A stretch of 63,821 nucleotides of DNA, filler included, from Reticulomyxa filosa (GCA_000512085.1; 14 parts of 14 records of this genome joined end to end with filler, not necessarily neighbours in it); one strand, 5' to 3'; positions 38,640 to 52,790 are shown, numbered from the whole stretch's first letter. Made by a program: numbers and translations. Notes: generated by a model from the letters alone, not told the origin.

Positions 38640-41289
38640 TTAAATCGGGTTCAAATTAGTTACACTAACCTTGACATATCCCTTTAAAGTTGTTTCTAAT
38701 AATTTTTCCTGCAATCCCTTATTAAAAAATGTATCTCTCATGCACTCAGCTAAATGTAAGTTCCAATGTTCCCCTGAGTACTCTATTGGACTCCACCTGG
38801 GATGGTCTTTTGCCAAGAACGTTCCCCAAGGCAGTCTTTCCTTTTTCCACACTGAGTTAACATTAGTTTGAGAGGAACAAATGTCAGGACACAGTACCTT
38901 GCTTTTAAGTAGATGGCATCCTCTGAATGCACATATAAAATGCATCCTACTGTGATGGCTGTTTGTGTGTTTCGGGTCTGAATTTTCACACTTGACGCCA
39001 CACATTGGGCACATCTATAACCAAGGCAAAAAAAAAAGAAGAATAAGCACGAAAAACTTTGTAAAAAAAAAAAAAAGATTATCAAAACTTCCATACAACC
39101 CAAGCATGTACTTCGCATTGTATTTTTGATATCATTGAGAATCTTTTTAAGCACCTCATCCAATTTTGGTACATAGGGTTTATTTAGATAATCATTCAAT
39201 TTATTTGAAACACGATTTTGGAAAATATCCACTCGACAAATAAATTGAGTTGCTGTATAAAGATAGTTTAAGTGAAAAATTAGTGTCGTTTATGAATAAA
39301 ACAAAAATATTAAAGAAATCGGCACAACTTCCTATTGCAACTTGTAAACAACAATCTTTGAGAAGATCCTGTTTATTTTGTTTGAGATTAATGTTAAGTT
39401 TTTTTTCAAAAATTAAGAAAGTCTATACTTAACACAATAGTCTCCAAGCGTTACTTTGTTTTGGTCGGCATCTTTTGAGTCAGTTTGGTTAGAATGTGGC
39501 TTCCAATTCGAAGTAAGGTCCAATATCTGTTGAATTCGACTACACAATATGCTATATCAACGGGAAAAAAAAAACACACAAAATTTTCTGTAATAACTTG
39601 CTGCAAAAAAAAAAAAAATGAAGACTTAACTTTTGGACATATTTTGAGATTGTCTTATCACCGTACACTGGCTGTTCCTTTAAATGTGATACATTGTTGT
39701 CAAATTCTCTGTCAAAATTTTCATAATACACCTGTATTGAATTTGTGATCAATTGATATGCATATTCACACGAATCCGTTTCAAATGCTTTTTTCCAGAT
39801 CATTCCTGTGAGCCTTTTACTTCCTAAATTCTCTCTTATTTCTTCTATTCTTGCTTCAATACATTTTCTCACTCTATTTTATTCGCACGAAAAGAAACAA
39901 AACATTTTTGTCGTTGCTCTTGTTTAAGAAATAACAAATAAAAAAAAAAAAATGTGTTTAAACTCTTCCATTGTCCAATATTCGATCTGATCAAAAAATT
40001 TCGTCACAACATGATCACCCAATTGCACATCTGTCTCTAAACCTTTCACTCGATTATTAAACCTGTTCCATCCTGAAATTTGTTCAGCTTTCAATTCTTC
40101 TTTTTGGGCAGTGAAATGTTGTTCACACAACTCGTGAAGTTTATCTGCTAAACGTTTCTTTGCCCACCAATGAGCAGCACATCGAAAATTTTCTGACAAC
40201 CTCCATTCATTCTATGATTTATTATTAACTTTTGAACTAATAGTTTGTAACAAAGACAACAACAAACCATGTGTTCTGTATCATAGGCTGACATTCTGGT
40301 ATCCAAATATTTGAAAATATTCACCCATTCCTCTCTGTTATTTCTATTAGCCATTTCAACAGTTTCCAAGTTTTTTTCCACCCACTCCTTGACACAATTT
40401 TCCAGAATTTGATTTAAAAATTTTGTTGCCGACAACCCACATATTCTGTAAATAGCTCACAGCAATTACAAATTGATTATTTTTTGCGGCGTCAGCAAAC
40501 GGCATCAATTGAGTCTCACTCGACGGACAACATCCAGAAATCTTATTTGGTTTAATTATTTCCTCAAAATAAGCATTGTCGAGTTCACTCAAAATCTGAT
40601 CCAACATTTTTGTAATTTCACAATATACATACATATACATATATAAATATATAAATATATATTATTTTTAGCAAACATTCTTTTTTTCATTCTCTTCGTT
40701 TTGTTTTATGACAAGGTTTTTTTTGTAGAATATCTCATCCCACGCTTGTTTAATTTCCATTTCACTTTTACAATGATTTTGAATGAGTCCATCAGCTACT
40801 TTGTCAATCAATTTCTCCATTTCATTTTTGGTGTCCCTTATTTCTTCGTCATTACAAATTTGCTCAAATGCAGTAACGCATTCTAATTTGTAATATTCAG
40901 AGCGATTTTCAAAGTCCACTTTATATTGTCTTATTAAATTTTCTGGTACTTTTTCTTCGTGCATTTGTTGATAAATATCACTTTGAATTTTATTTTTTAT
41001 TGTTTTGAATTCATTGTTCCACTCTTTCTGGAAAAGGGTCATTCGACCCTCTTTTGTGGACCGATTGGTAATTGCATTTTCCCTCAATGCACTTACTTTG
41101 AGATGACTCACGTCTCGTAATCTTTTCAGCTCATCACTGATGCACTCTTGCATCATTTTGTGATAGGCTTGCGACCGGAAATCAGCAGGAGCCAACACAT
41201 CTTGAAACAACAAAATTTGATCCCACATTGCGACCATCATACGTCTCCATTCTTCCATGTTTCGATAATTGTTTATGTCATCGTTTTTA
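38640..41289 (-). CDS. C-terminal half of a very large inducible GTPase (GVIN1/VLIG/URGCP-like), multi-exon, 5' truncated
   Basis: Spliced C-terminus CLGCME|RCPMCGVKCENSDPKHTNSHHSRMHFICAFRG..LCPDICSS..PWGTFLAKDHPRWSPI matches the GVIN-type Cys/His tail pattern GCxExCPxCxxxC..H..H..H..G..dIC..WsI. Helical exons lie upstream. The GTPase domain itself is outside the contig. Confidence 0.7.
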
Positions 41290-41440
41290 NNNNNNNNNNN
41301 NNNNNNNNNNNNNNNNNNNNNNNNNNNNNNNNNTTAATTAATTAANNNNNNNNNNNNNNNNNNNNNNNNNNNNNNNNNNNNNNNNNNNNAAATTTTTAAA
41401 AATCATATTTTTGATCAACCTAGGAAAAACTTACCATAAA

Positions 41441-41578
41441 ACCAATTTCATATTTAAAAACTACAATATTAGTATATTTTTTTAAAAAAATGTTTTAAAC
41501 TTTATTTTTCGTGGAGAAAATCGATTCTCTTCATATAGTGCCATTTAGGTATGGCGGTTTTTTTTGCAATATACTGTA
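41441..41578. mobile_element. Partial MITE related to the 11404 element
   Basis: Ends ..GCCATTTAGGTATGGCGGTTTTTTTTGCAATATACTG|TA. Internal CATATTTAAAAACTACAATA block is shared with the reverse complement of the 11404 MITE core. Close relative at 61095-61224. Confidence 0.7.
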
Positions 41579-44500
41579 GTAACAAAGTTGTGACGATCTA
41601 TTGACAGTCTAAAGTTATGATATAATTGATTTAGCTTTCATTATGTTTTAATTGAATAAAAAACTGAAAAACTTAAAATTATTTTTAAAATATTTAATAA
41701 ATTGATTCATTCATAACTTGTTTTTTTTAAGATGCAAGTCACCAAAGATGATAATCTTGATAACAAGTTGTTCGTCAAATCACTGCATATACAATACAAT
41801 TATTGACCCAAAATAATAATGTGAATTTCACCATAATAAAAGCTTACATTTTATGACAAATGAGTATTAGCTTCTAATTGCAGTTATAATTACCACATAT
41901 TTGATTATGATGTCTTATTTGCTATATATTATTAAATTAGATTATAATCTTGTTTCCGAAATATGCATTACAATAAACATATCGCATGAGAAGTAGTATT
42001 GTTTGCATAAATCAAATCTTTCAACAGGATAGAATACTTGTTCATTTTAAGTTTTTGGTTTTGAAAAACAGAAAATTTATTTTTCTTTTAAGGTATGTTT
42101 ACACATTTGATACAAAAAGATATAGCTTGCAAAAAAAACATATTAATTGATCCAACTATTTACAATAAAGATAAAAATTAATATCAGTTGTAATATTTAT
42201 TGTTCTGGATGTCGTATTTAAATAGTTTAGTTCAATGCTTTCATTATGTTTGAAATACTTGCATTTTCCTGATTTATCATAGCTATCAAATTGACATTTG
42301 CTTGAGCAATAAGTTATTTATTTGCATCTTGAATATATCTGACTTATACTGTTTTGTCACAATAGGAGAAACAGTTTTATTTTGATAGTCATTTAGATAT
42401 TTACATGTATTTGTATATATTTTTACTGTATTGTTGTTTGTACAAAATCAATTATCACTTTGTATTTTTTTTTGTTATCTTGCTTGTTCAATTGAATTAT
42501 AATGAATGTATATTACTGAATAAGCTTTTAATTAACGATACATTAATTTGATATCGTAACAATTTGAAAAAAACTGAGTTTGTACATATAGATTGCAAAA
42601 AAATTTTGCAAGTTGATATTGAAGAAATAAGTAATCCAACATACTTGACACGCCACTACTGCGACCACCAAAAAAATACTATTAAAAATTTCAAAAAAAA
42701 GTTAAATTAATAATATATTTTTAAAAAGATTTTGAAAAAATGTTGATTTTTGACTTAGAAAATCTATCATCTTTATAAGGTGCAATTTTAGTTTATCAGT
42801 ACTTTTGTTACCAGGCAGAAAAATAATTAAATACTTGATTTTAAAAAATTAAAACTTGAGTTGATCACATTATACATATTTTCTTCTGTGGTTAACAATC
42901 TTGCGACATTATTTTTCCCGAGTTTTAATGTACGCCTTCCAATATTATAAGTTTATTTTTATACCAAAAGAGTTAATCTATTTTCAAATTTTATGAAGTT
43001 TTAAGATATTTTCATTGATTTGTAATCTCTTGTGCATATTGGCAATTCAATACAGCAATGTTTTGTCCAACTGTGCTCACTACAGTGAGGCAGTATTACA
43101 CATAACATACATAGCCAATGAGGTTTGTGATATATTTTGATGTTTCTTTCCTTTTTTAATTTTTGAACTATGCTTTGATATAATATTTGATCACCAAGCG
43201 TTAACACTCAAATAGCAAGAGATTGCAAATAAAGTTTTTTGAGTATTTGTATTCAAGAAATGGGATTGCGTTTGGAAAAACCTCAACTTACGGACAACCT
43301 GTCACTTCCTCTTTTTTTCTTTTCCATTTTTTTTTTTTTACTTATTTTTTCCCCCTAAAATTGGCTTATTTTTTTAGCACAAGAGAAAGAATGGATAGCA
43401 TAGTGAAAAAAGCGTTAGTCCTGGCGACTATTTTANNNNNNNNNNNNNNNNNNNNNNNNNNNNNNNNNNNNNNNNNNNNTTAATTAATTAANNNNNNNNN
43501 NNNNNNNNNNNNNNNNNNNNNNNNNNNNNNNNNNNATAGAAAAGGACTAGAAAAAAAAATCCAAAAATAAATACAACAATAAATTTTGTGCAGCTCACTT
43601 TAGTCAATGTCAAGGAGTTGCTGAATTTTTTTTTTAAGGCTCGCCAACACAATCGATACAATAAAATTTATTCATATCATTGGACACTTGAATGCCCAAA
43701 GTCCTCACTTGTTGTGGACGTTCAAAGCAAATCAAATACTTTAAAGAGTCAGACTCCAACAATGGATCTGAAAAGGAACACGTCGAGTACAGTGGCGGTA
43801 ACCACGCGCCAGGTTCGCTCAGGACGTTCGCCTTTCAAGAATTTGTGGTTGATCACGCTGCAAGTACTCTATAACATTGAAAAAATATGCCATCAACACC
43901 ATCGTTGGCAACTCCACGTCTATCAATCGGATAATACATCATCATCCTCCTGCTCATTTCCTTTTTTCTTCTTTTGTTGACAAAGCTTCGACGTTCATAC
44001 TCGAGTTCGGTACTGAATGCACGTTCACTGTTGGTCCCACTTCTATTGAGATTCTTCACTACATTTCACATTTTCATATAAAAAAAATCATTCAATGTTT
44101 ATCTGTCTTTTTTTTTTTAATAAATAAAAAAAGTCTTCTGATCGTCTTCGGTAGTGCTGCAATTGTATGCTTCATTTGTGCCATAATTGCCATGCTATTA
44201 TCCATACGGCTTCCATCAATAACCTTTTTTTTTTTTGAAAAAAATAGTAGTTTATTTATCTAAAAAAAGAATTGCATGTATGACTTAGATCCTTTTATAT
44301 CGAAACATAAGAACATTGTGTAACTGTGGCGAGTAAAAGTAACCAAATACCATTACGAAGAAAATGACTTTGATTTGTGGTGCTGAGCGACAACTGCAGG
44401 GTCACGCCTTTTCTCATGTTTTTGGATTTCCGCGTTTTTATGTTCAAGTTGCTCAAGTAGTTCACTGTTCATGTAGTTTTTGCAGACTTGATAATAATCC

Positions 44501-47069
44501 ATCTTGACTTAGTATATTATTTTCGCTTTCCATGCCTACCTTATCTTGGGGGTAAAATTCAAATTATTGCGTCTCACTACTTGCACTCTAACTCGCCAAA
44601 AAATCACCCCTTTATGCTTTCGCTTTGTCTGCAAACATAATGTTTGTCTTTCTTCCAATTTTGAAAAATTTAATTGGTTTCCTACAAAATAAACAAGCAA
44701 CAAGCTTTTTTTTTTTTTGGGTTAATATTTTTTCAAGTAAAACGCAAAAACAAGCAAAGAGTAATTTTTTTGCAGTTTATTTAACATTCTTCAACTAAAA
44801 CATGAGCTTTTGGGATTGGATAAAATGGTTGAAATAGAAACATAATTCCTAAATGACATCCTACAAAAAGACGAAGAAGGAAAGTGCGCAAATGGCATGG
44901 AGGCAAAGAGAAGTCCCAAGATTTGTATTTGATACGAGATTTGATCCAATATAAAGATAAAGATAAAGAAATTAAAAATGAAAAACAAACTCAAAGTCAC
45001 AAGCGATAGCAGCAGTCGATATCATTTCTTTGCGAAGCATATCGAAACCAAGTTTGGCGACATTGGCGTGAGCGATTTGGTGGAAAGCAGACTAAAAGAA
45101 GTAGCACTGACGTGTTCATCGATTGCGCAATATCAATTCATCAGCGCATATCAAGGCTGTCATCACCAGGCCGTATGTTCGTGCTCGGCGCAGAGATGGG
45201 GTCGAGCAAGATGCTTGTCTTTGTCATACCTATCATCAACAATCTGGTCGAACACGTTGTCATAAAGATAGTCGTGTTGCTGATGAAATTAATGTAGATA
45301 TGGACAAACGTCCTTTTTTTATTATTTTTTTAAAATAATACAAATCATTGTAATAATTTTTTCTTCTAATTAAAAATAAATGTAGTGTTATAATTTTTTT
45401 AAAAGAGAAAATTATATTTCATTTTTTTATAAAGATGTTTTTTCAAAGGGACACATTTTTTCGTCACCTTAATTCAAAGTGGGCTATCATTTGCATGCTT
45501 TATGTTATATTCAAAACATGGATAAGAAGTGATGCAAACGAATGAAAAACAAAAGCAAAAAAATCAATGAAATATTGTTATTTTTTACCAAATAAGGATT
45601 GATAATTGGATATGATGAAGATAGCTACATTTTTAAATTGAACCAACTAGCTGTTGATATGGGCATTTGTGTGTCGATGATGCTATCTCTGATGAAAATG
45701 TGTTAAGATACATCACATTGAACATAAATAAATGTGTTGGTGAAGAAGAAAAAATGGAAACAGTTAGGTCTTGATCTTTCGTTGTAAATATGTAAATTGT
45801 AATGGTTTGAAACATAATTGTTATATCAATGTAAATGGAGGTATTACTTTAAATAATAAATAAAATATCTTCTGAATGAAAAGTTAATGGATGAAACTTT
45901 GCTAAATATGATTCAAAGAAGAAAGAAAAAAAATAAACAAATTGAAAGCAATGANNNNNNNNNNNNNNNNNNNNNNNNNNNNNNNNNNNNNNNNNNNNTT
46001 AATTAATTAANNNNNNNNNNNNNNNNNNNNNNNNNNNNNNNNNNNNNNNNNNNNTGTACGTATGTTCATGATTGAATAACTGTTTACAGAGCTCCAAGCA
46101 ATATCACGACAAATGAAGTAGTTTTAGACTATTTCAATTTGCGTGAAATTACTGGAGGGCGATTGTGGATATATTTTGCACAAAAAAAAGACGGCATGAT
46201 TGACTTTAATTCATTTATCATTTGATTTGCGCGAGTAATTAAAAAAATAGTGATTTTTTCATTTTCTCAATGTCATATATTTTTTCGTTTTATCACTACA
46301 ATCAATCTTTTCATAGAAAAAAGAACTAGCACAAAATCTCTTATTTCAAATAAACAAAATAGTACAATGGCGTGATAGCGGGCGAGGTCAATGTGTCGAT
46401 AGAAATACATGGACATTGCGTGCAAAAACAAATACCAAAGAAGAATTTGGGTGTTGCTGGAGTGCCAGCGAAAACGACATTATCTTTCGAGATGTAACAA
46501 TGGCGTCTGCGAAACAAATGTCGAGTTAGTAACAAAAAAAAAGAAATTTCTTTTAAACTTATTATTATTTTTATTAAAAAATGGTGATTTGGTATTTAAA
46601 ACATAACATAGACTATGACCTGTTCGAACAAATGGAATATGCTCCGCTTGTTGAAAATGCGATGCAAAGCGTTGAGCAATTGATGGAGATGCAAAGACTA
46701 CAAGCAAGAACAAAGGTTTCGTGATTGGGGAGGCTTAACACTGGAAAATATTGTTGGTAGATATATATGATGAAGCCAATCAGCACTTCCAACATTGACA
46801 ATGCACCAACGTATTCCAATTGCCAGATGAAAAGGCTAATTGCCTTTTTTTATCTCTTCAGGTGATATCGTGCATTATCACCGGAAGTGTCTCGCTCGCG
46901 CCAGCGTCGATCAACAAAAAAAAAATATTTTTTATGTCAATGCCCGCTCACAACACGCCGTCGAATGTATCTACGACAATTTTTTCAGGTACAAAATGTT
47001 CTTTTTTTTATATATAAGTTATAAATTTTTAAAAGAAATATACATAAATAAAAAAATGTGACATAATGA

Positions 47070-47560
47070 TGTGTGTCTGGTCTACAATAGGTCCCGCTGT
47101 GATAAAAAAAAGAAGATACGGTGTAGAAGACCACTCCGTCTCCGAAAGGAGAAAACAAGGTTTGCTTTGTTTCTTCTTTTTTTAAACAATAATAATGTGC
47201 TGTGTGTTTGTAATAGGAATTCCCCCACTGCGCCAAAGACTGTTCACCTTTATGCCCAATGTCCCCTTTTATGCACACTATCCCACACACACAAAACAAA
47301 CTGGGGTTGAACTCTACCCCGCATGTGAAAAAATAAATAAAGGTTTGTATATTTATATTCATTTATGAATAATCCTTTTGCTGTACAATGTGATTGTGTA
47401 TGTACTTGATGTCATAGGAATTCCCCATCGCAAAGAAAAAAAATATATATACATATATCTATTTTTGTTTTTTTTATATAATTTATCCCACTTCCTTCAA
47501 AAAAAAAGTTTTGCGAGTGTTTTTCACACAGGAAAAAAGATTGTTCCAGTCGACAAAATA
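47070..47560. repeat. Dispersed repeat / paralogous segment, copy B (partner at 3050-3610)
   Basis: See copy A. Minus-strand ORFs share KQT..SPFGDG..FY.V.SFF. Confidence 0.75.
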
Positions 47561-47992
47561 TGTTGTTTATTTTAACAAGGGGGAGGGAAAAAAAGAAATC
47601 AATAAAGTATGGAAAAAAGGATAGTTGGAAAAAGGAAAAGGGAAAAAAATGTAATAAGAAAAAAAGAAATAGAAAAATAAAAAAAAAGAAAGAAAAAAGG
47701 AAAAAAGAAGAAAGTTTAATGGGAAAAAATAAAAAAGAATAAGTGAAAAAAAAATAAAATAAGAATAAGAGAATAAAAAAGAAATTGTTAGTAATTTTAT
47801 TTGTTTTGAATTTTATTTTATGGTGGAGCTTTGACTCCAAAAAGTATTGGTACCTGTGCGGATACCAAGTTTTAGTTAAGTAAATATTTTTTTTTATATG
47901 TTTGTTTGAAAAAAAATTAACTTTGATTTTTCGCAAAATACAGCTCAAAGTTATCGTGTGTTATTATAGAAACCATGATTGTTGTTTTTTAG

Positions 47993-48090
47993 TTTGAATG
48001 TGGTTTCTCCGTTATCGCGATGAAATTGATCAAGTTTTGCATGGAATTACATTCAATATACAAACGGGCAAATCAAGTATCAGCAACTGC
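47993..48090 (+). pseudogene. Short remnant of an ABCC/MRP-type NBD2 start
   Basis: LRYRDEIDQVLHGITFNIQTGKSS resembles LRYRxxLDxVLxGIxFxIxxGEKIGIVGRTGAGKSS with an internal deletion. No continuation. Confidence 0.5.
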
Positions 48091-50566
48091 ACCGGCCACT
48101 CAATCTTCGTAATCTTCAATTTGAAATCCAATAGTGCCTACATCAATGTTACAAACAAGGCATCAGCAACACAGCACATACACTCACATTACCTGTGAAG
48201 GCGAAGAGAAAGAAAGAAGCAAAGTCCTTGTTCGTGCCATTTGCCAAATTGCTGCTGGCTTGATTATCGACATCATCAAAAGTGGGCCACAATGCAGTGA
48301 GAAAAAGGCCCAAGCAGAGTCTATGGAGTGAGTGCATTTGTTCGATATATGCAACTGGCCAGCATTCACCCACAATTTCGAACTCATATCAGCCAAAGTA
48401 TATACGTTTGATAGTAAAGCGCAATGTACGGAATGTAATGGTCACAATGCGACCGACAGTGTCACAATTATTTTTTTCCTTATACGTCCAATCCAACTGC
48501 TGCTCCATTGACTTTCACTTTTTCGCCGACGCTAATACATAGAATATATTATTGCGGAGTAGTATACAAGTATTGCGATCCCATATCAAATATTTCTTCT
48601 TTTTTTTGTCAGATCATGATGAATACAGCCTGTATGGATTATCTGTGGTTCAATGTGCTTGAATAACCACATTACACACCAACAATATATCCAAGCATCT
48701 CCTTTCCGACAAACTCTCCAGCACAACATCCAATATATAAACCAATCGCGATATCGCAAAAGCCAGCACAGTCGTCAGTAACAACAGCAGCGCACCGTCC
48801 GTTCAATTTGTGAAGATATCCCGATACTGCAACAATTGAGATTATTTGTTGTTACAAATTGAAGACGATTCCAGAAATATGACCGACCAGTGTTTATACG
48901 CTATCGACAATTTGTGGACGTAATGGAGCTGCAGATCGATGGTTGCAAAGAGCCTGGAAATGCAATTTGTTGTTCAAAGTGTAATCTTCGTCTTATCAAC
49001 AATGAAGTATTCAAGACCAATACTTGAACCAATGAAATATCGCCTCCAAGGTGTCATATCCAGATGCGAATGAGCAATCTGATTTCACTCCAAACAAGTG
49101 ATCATCCAGGCAAAAGGATAGATGTGCTGGCATAACGAAAGTGGTTGCAGTTATTGTTGACACGCACGAAAAAGCCAAGCGTGTTCATATAGCCAATTCG
49201 TGTCACATTCCTCTTTCTTCAATTTCATCAACATCATCCACAATAATCTCCAATTGGTGAATTATTATTTGTCCCCTTCTCCTATGGACTGTAGATTTGA
49301 AGCGATCCAAAAAAACTTATATACCAAGAATTATATCCATATGAAACATTGGGCATTAGACATTAGCAACAAGTTGTCCGGTGCAGTGTCGACACTCCAT
49401 TTGCAGACCATACCTTGGTTGTTGGGCAAGCACTGAATTCTTGAGTGTGTTCAAAGGCATCAAACATCGTATCAGATAGTATTGGCACTTTTGTAGATAC
49501 TTTGTGTAAGTATCATCAACAATAACGCTACTCATTGCTTCTGTTGCCCAAATTATCTCCTCTCCGAGTTGTGTCGCCACGGACAGTCAAACATTGAACA
49601 TAACGAACATGGCAATTCATTGATATCGTCATCGAATAGCGTGTTATTAGATGAATGCATTGCATGGAAAAACGGTTTGAACACAATCGGCAATGTAATG
49701 AATAATTTTGTATGTGGAAACGCTGCAAACAAATAAGATTGAGATAAGCTCGACAATCTTGGAAACTGCTCAACGAATTGATTAAGTATTATCTGAGGAC
49801 CACAATCACATCGCTGGTCAGAAATATAATCGCATTACGAGTCGCCAATAAAGATGAATGAAACAATGTGAATTCATATATCCGTCGCAACACTGTTATT
49901 CAACACACGCAACCCAAGAAAAAAACAAGAAAATAAAAAAAAGGACAAACGTCGACGTGAAGAATGTATGCTGTTTGTATCATATTTTCAGTGGTTGTAA
50001 TATGCATCAATCAAGGCAATGCAAACATATGTCCCTTCATTGTGAAGTACTTTAGTTTTGGTTTGGAGTGAGAGGAAGAGTAAAAGGAGATTAATGAAAA
50101 GAAAAAAGAAAAAAAAAGAGAAGAAAGAGTAAATACGAAAATGTGGACCAATAATTTTAGGAACGTATCGATCACTTCAAACAATATGACAAGTAGCAAT
50201 GGATCGTGTGTAAGAGGGACGACGACGATGACAATGTACCAGCGCAAGAAGCAAGGCCTGTCCACGTCCATAGAGACAAAGTGGATAAAAAAAAAGATCG
50301 ACACAATACATCACTGGGAGATTATGAATANNNNNNNNNNNNNNNNNNNNNNNNNNNNNNNNNNNNNNNNNNNNTTAATTAATTAANNNNNNNNNNNNNN
50401 NNNNNNNNNNNNNNNNNNNNNNNNNNNNNNTATGACAAAGAAGCACAATACCCAGAAGTCGATGGCACGTATACACCATGCATGTTTATAGTTCATTTTT
50501 TTATTTTTTATTTTTCATAATCTAACAAATGGAAGACTGTATTTGTAACAATTTGCAAATTGCTTT

Positions 50567-51590
50567 GTGACAGGAGACACACATTTTAGTGCTGGAAGTT
50601 CATTCATTTATGGAGTGTCGATAAAAAATCAAATTGAGGCAAGACGAAGAATTGGATACTGTCCACAATTTGATGCAATCTTTGATCTGCTAACAGCATA
50701 TGAACACTTGAAATTTTATGGAACGATCAAAAGGTTGAGGAGAAAAGAATTAGAAGATCAAATAAGAGTTTTATTGAAAGCCTTGTCATTGAGCAAATAT
50801 AAAAACAGAAGAGCTGGAACGTATAGTGGAGGAAACAAACGCAAATTATCTGCTGCTATTGCTATGATTGGAAATCCTCCTGTTGTCTTTTTTAGGTATG
50901 ATGTAATTTGTCCTTTTTTTTTAATTATTATTATTATTAATTTTGTGATTTGCTTTTTGGAAAATAGATGAGCCAAAGCACTGGTTATTACTTAATTATA
51001 TTTTAATCATCAATTTTTTTTTTTAAATTTAAAAAAAAAAATGATGAATACTTTATAGGAATGGATCCTGTATCTCGTCGACACATGTGGTCGTTCATAA
51101 ATACAACAATGGAAGGACGATGTGTGATATTGACAACACATTCAATGGAAGAGTCATCGCTTGGGTATTATGACCAATGGTCAACTCCGTTGTTTAGGTA
51201 AGGTATTTTTGTTGTTGTTGTTAAAAGAAGGTTATAAAACAATTTAAAAAAAAATTAAAGGAACTCCACAACATTTGAAATCAAGATTTGGAAAAGGCTA
51301 TCAATTAGATATAACCTTTGCATCTCGAGCATCAGCAGAGGAAAGAGAGAAACTTAAAACAAAAGCAGAGGAAGAACTTAAACAACATTTTTCTGTACAA
51401 CTGATTGAAGCAAATCAAAATAAAGCTACATTTGAACTCGGATTTGAGTTTCAAAGAGATGGAGCAATGACATTGGCACAGATGTTTCGCATGGTAGAAA
51501 ATCTCAAGTAAAAGTTATCTATTGTTAGCTATACTTTGAACCAAACTACTTTAGAACAAATCTTTGTGAGAATGGCTCAGTTTAGCTGTT
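50567..51590 (+). pseudogene. ABCA-family transporter C-terminal NBD2, with lesions
   Basis: IGYCPQFDAIFDLLTAYEHL, YSGGNKRKLSAAIAMIGNP, DEP, GMDPVSRR, ILTTHSMEE, GQLRCLG|TPQHLKSRFGKGY, QTTLEQIF. Lesions: Walker A not recognisable, deletion after SMEE, extra base after DEP, TAA at 51509 before the TTLEQIF motif. Confidence 0.88.
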
Positions 51591-52264
51591 ATTTTGTGTG
51601 TATGTAAATACACTATATCTTAGACAAATTATTGTTTGTGTCTATAATAGTAAACATGGTGCTGTATCCGAATTTTAATTGGATAAACAAACAAAAGAAA
51701 ATAAATTTTATTTCACATTGACAATTTTGTTTATTTTTGGTCTGTTGATAGAATTATCACTTTAATAATTTAAATTGTAAGTCCACAAAAGAGCAAGTTC
51801 AGTGAAGCTTAGCGCAAGAAATTGCTTTAGGAATAGTTCTTAATCTTTGCAATTACAAGATTTGAATCGAAAAAAGGATATTATGTGTTTATTGTTGTTA
51901 ATAAAAATATATTTCGAATGGAGAATAAAAGATTATAAAATTATGTTTGGTTATAAAAATCAAACAATTATTTTTATTGGAAATAAATTAATGATTCTAT
52001 TAAAAATATTTCAAATAAATTATCGGAATTAAGAATTCAAACAAATCCAAAAAAAATTAAATTTGCATTTCAACAATATGTCAAAATCTAGGATTTGAAA
52101 TGTTTATTCAAGGAAATCAGATTGCAACAAAAAATGATTAATCAATCAATGTTCTTTGAGTTTAATTAACTGATGGTTCAATTATCTAATTGAAATAAAT
52201 TTTTTGGTTTTATGTAAAAAGAAAGTTTGCAATTTTGAATGTCCCAGATTTTTCTTACATATAT

Positions 52265-52790
52265 TCATCCCCAAACATAAATTATTCCGTTGCTTGAACC
52301 ATGACATAAATTAATACAACTATTATCATTTGATTTTTGTTTGATATTATTCACATTCTTTTTCAATTCCATAAATTTAAGGCATGTTACTGCTCTGTTT
52401 ACTTTCATTACATACAGCTCATTCTTATTTGATCGAATATCCCAAAACCGAATCGTATTATCATATGATCCAGTACATATCACATTTGAATTACCACAAA
52501 ATTCGCTATTCTTTATTACAAATGGTGAGTATTCAACACACCATACTTGGTCTGTATGTCCATTGAATACTTGAATTGATTGACAAGATCGAATATCCCA
52601 CAAACGAACACTTTTATCATTTGATCCAGATAATATTGTATTTATTAATTCATTTGACCCATATTTTACATTTTTAATCCAATCTTTATGTCCTTTGAAT
52701 ACATTCAATTGTTTGGTTGTTTCAATATCCCATGTTCGAATGGTTCTATCAATTGATCCAGAACAAATTGTATATCCATTTCCACCAATC
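52265..52790 (-). CDS. WD40-repeat protein, C-terminal part (5' truncated)
   Basis: GGNGYTICSGSIDRTIRTWD, FKGHKDWIKNVKY..ILSGSNDKSVRLWD, FNGHTDQVWCVEYSP..ICTGSYDNTIRFWD, LCHGSSNGIIYVWG*. Confidence 0.92.

Noticed and set aside
33526-41289. An immune gene cluster linking the SecA-like array, the E3-like gene and the GVIN-like gene
   Set aside because: They are on three different contigs separated by linkers. There is no evidence of physical linkage.
44380-44505. Minus-strand peptide MDYYQVCKNYMNSELLEQLEHKNAEIQK, weakly reminiscent of the proteasome Rpn7 N-terminus
   Set aside because: Too short, and downstream sequence shows no continuing similarity.
44978-45297. Possible PP2A-A-like HEAT relic
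   Set aside because: Only vague helical similarity across shifting frames; not supportable without a search.
47560-47800. Lys-rich plus-strand and Phe-rich minus-strand ORFs
   Set aside because: Low-complexity poly-purine tract with no coding signal.
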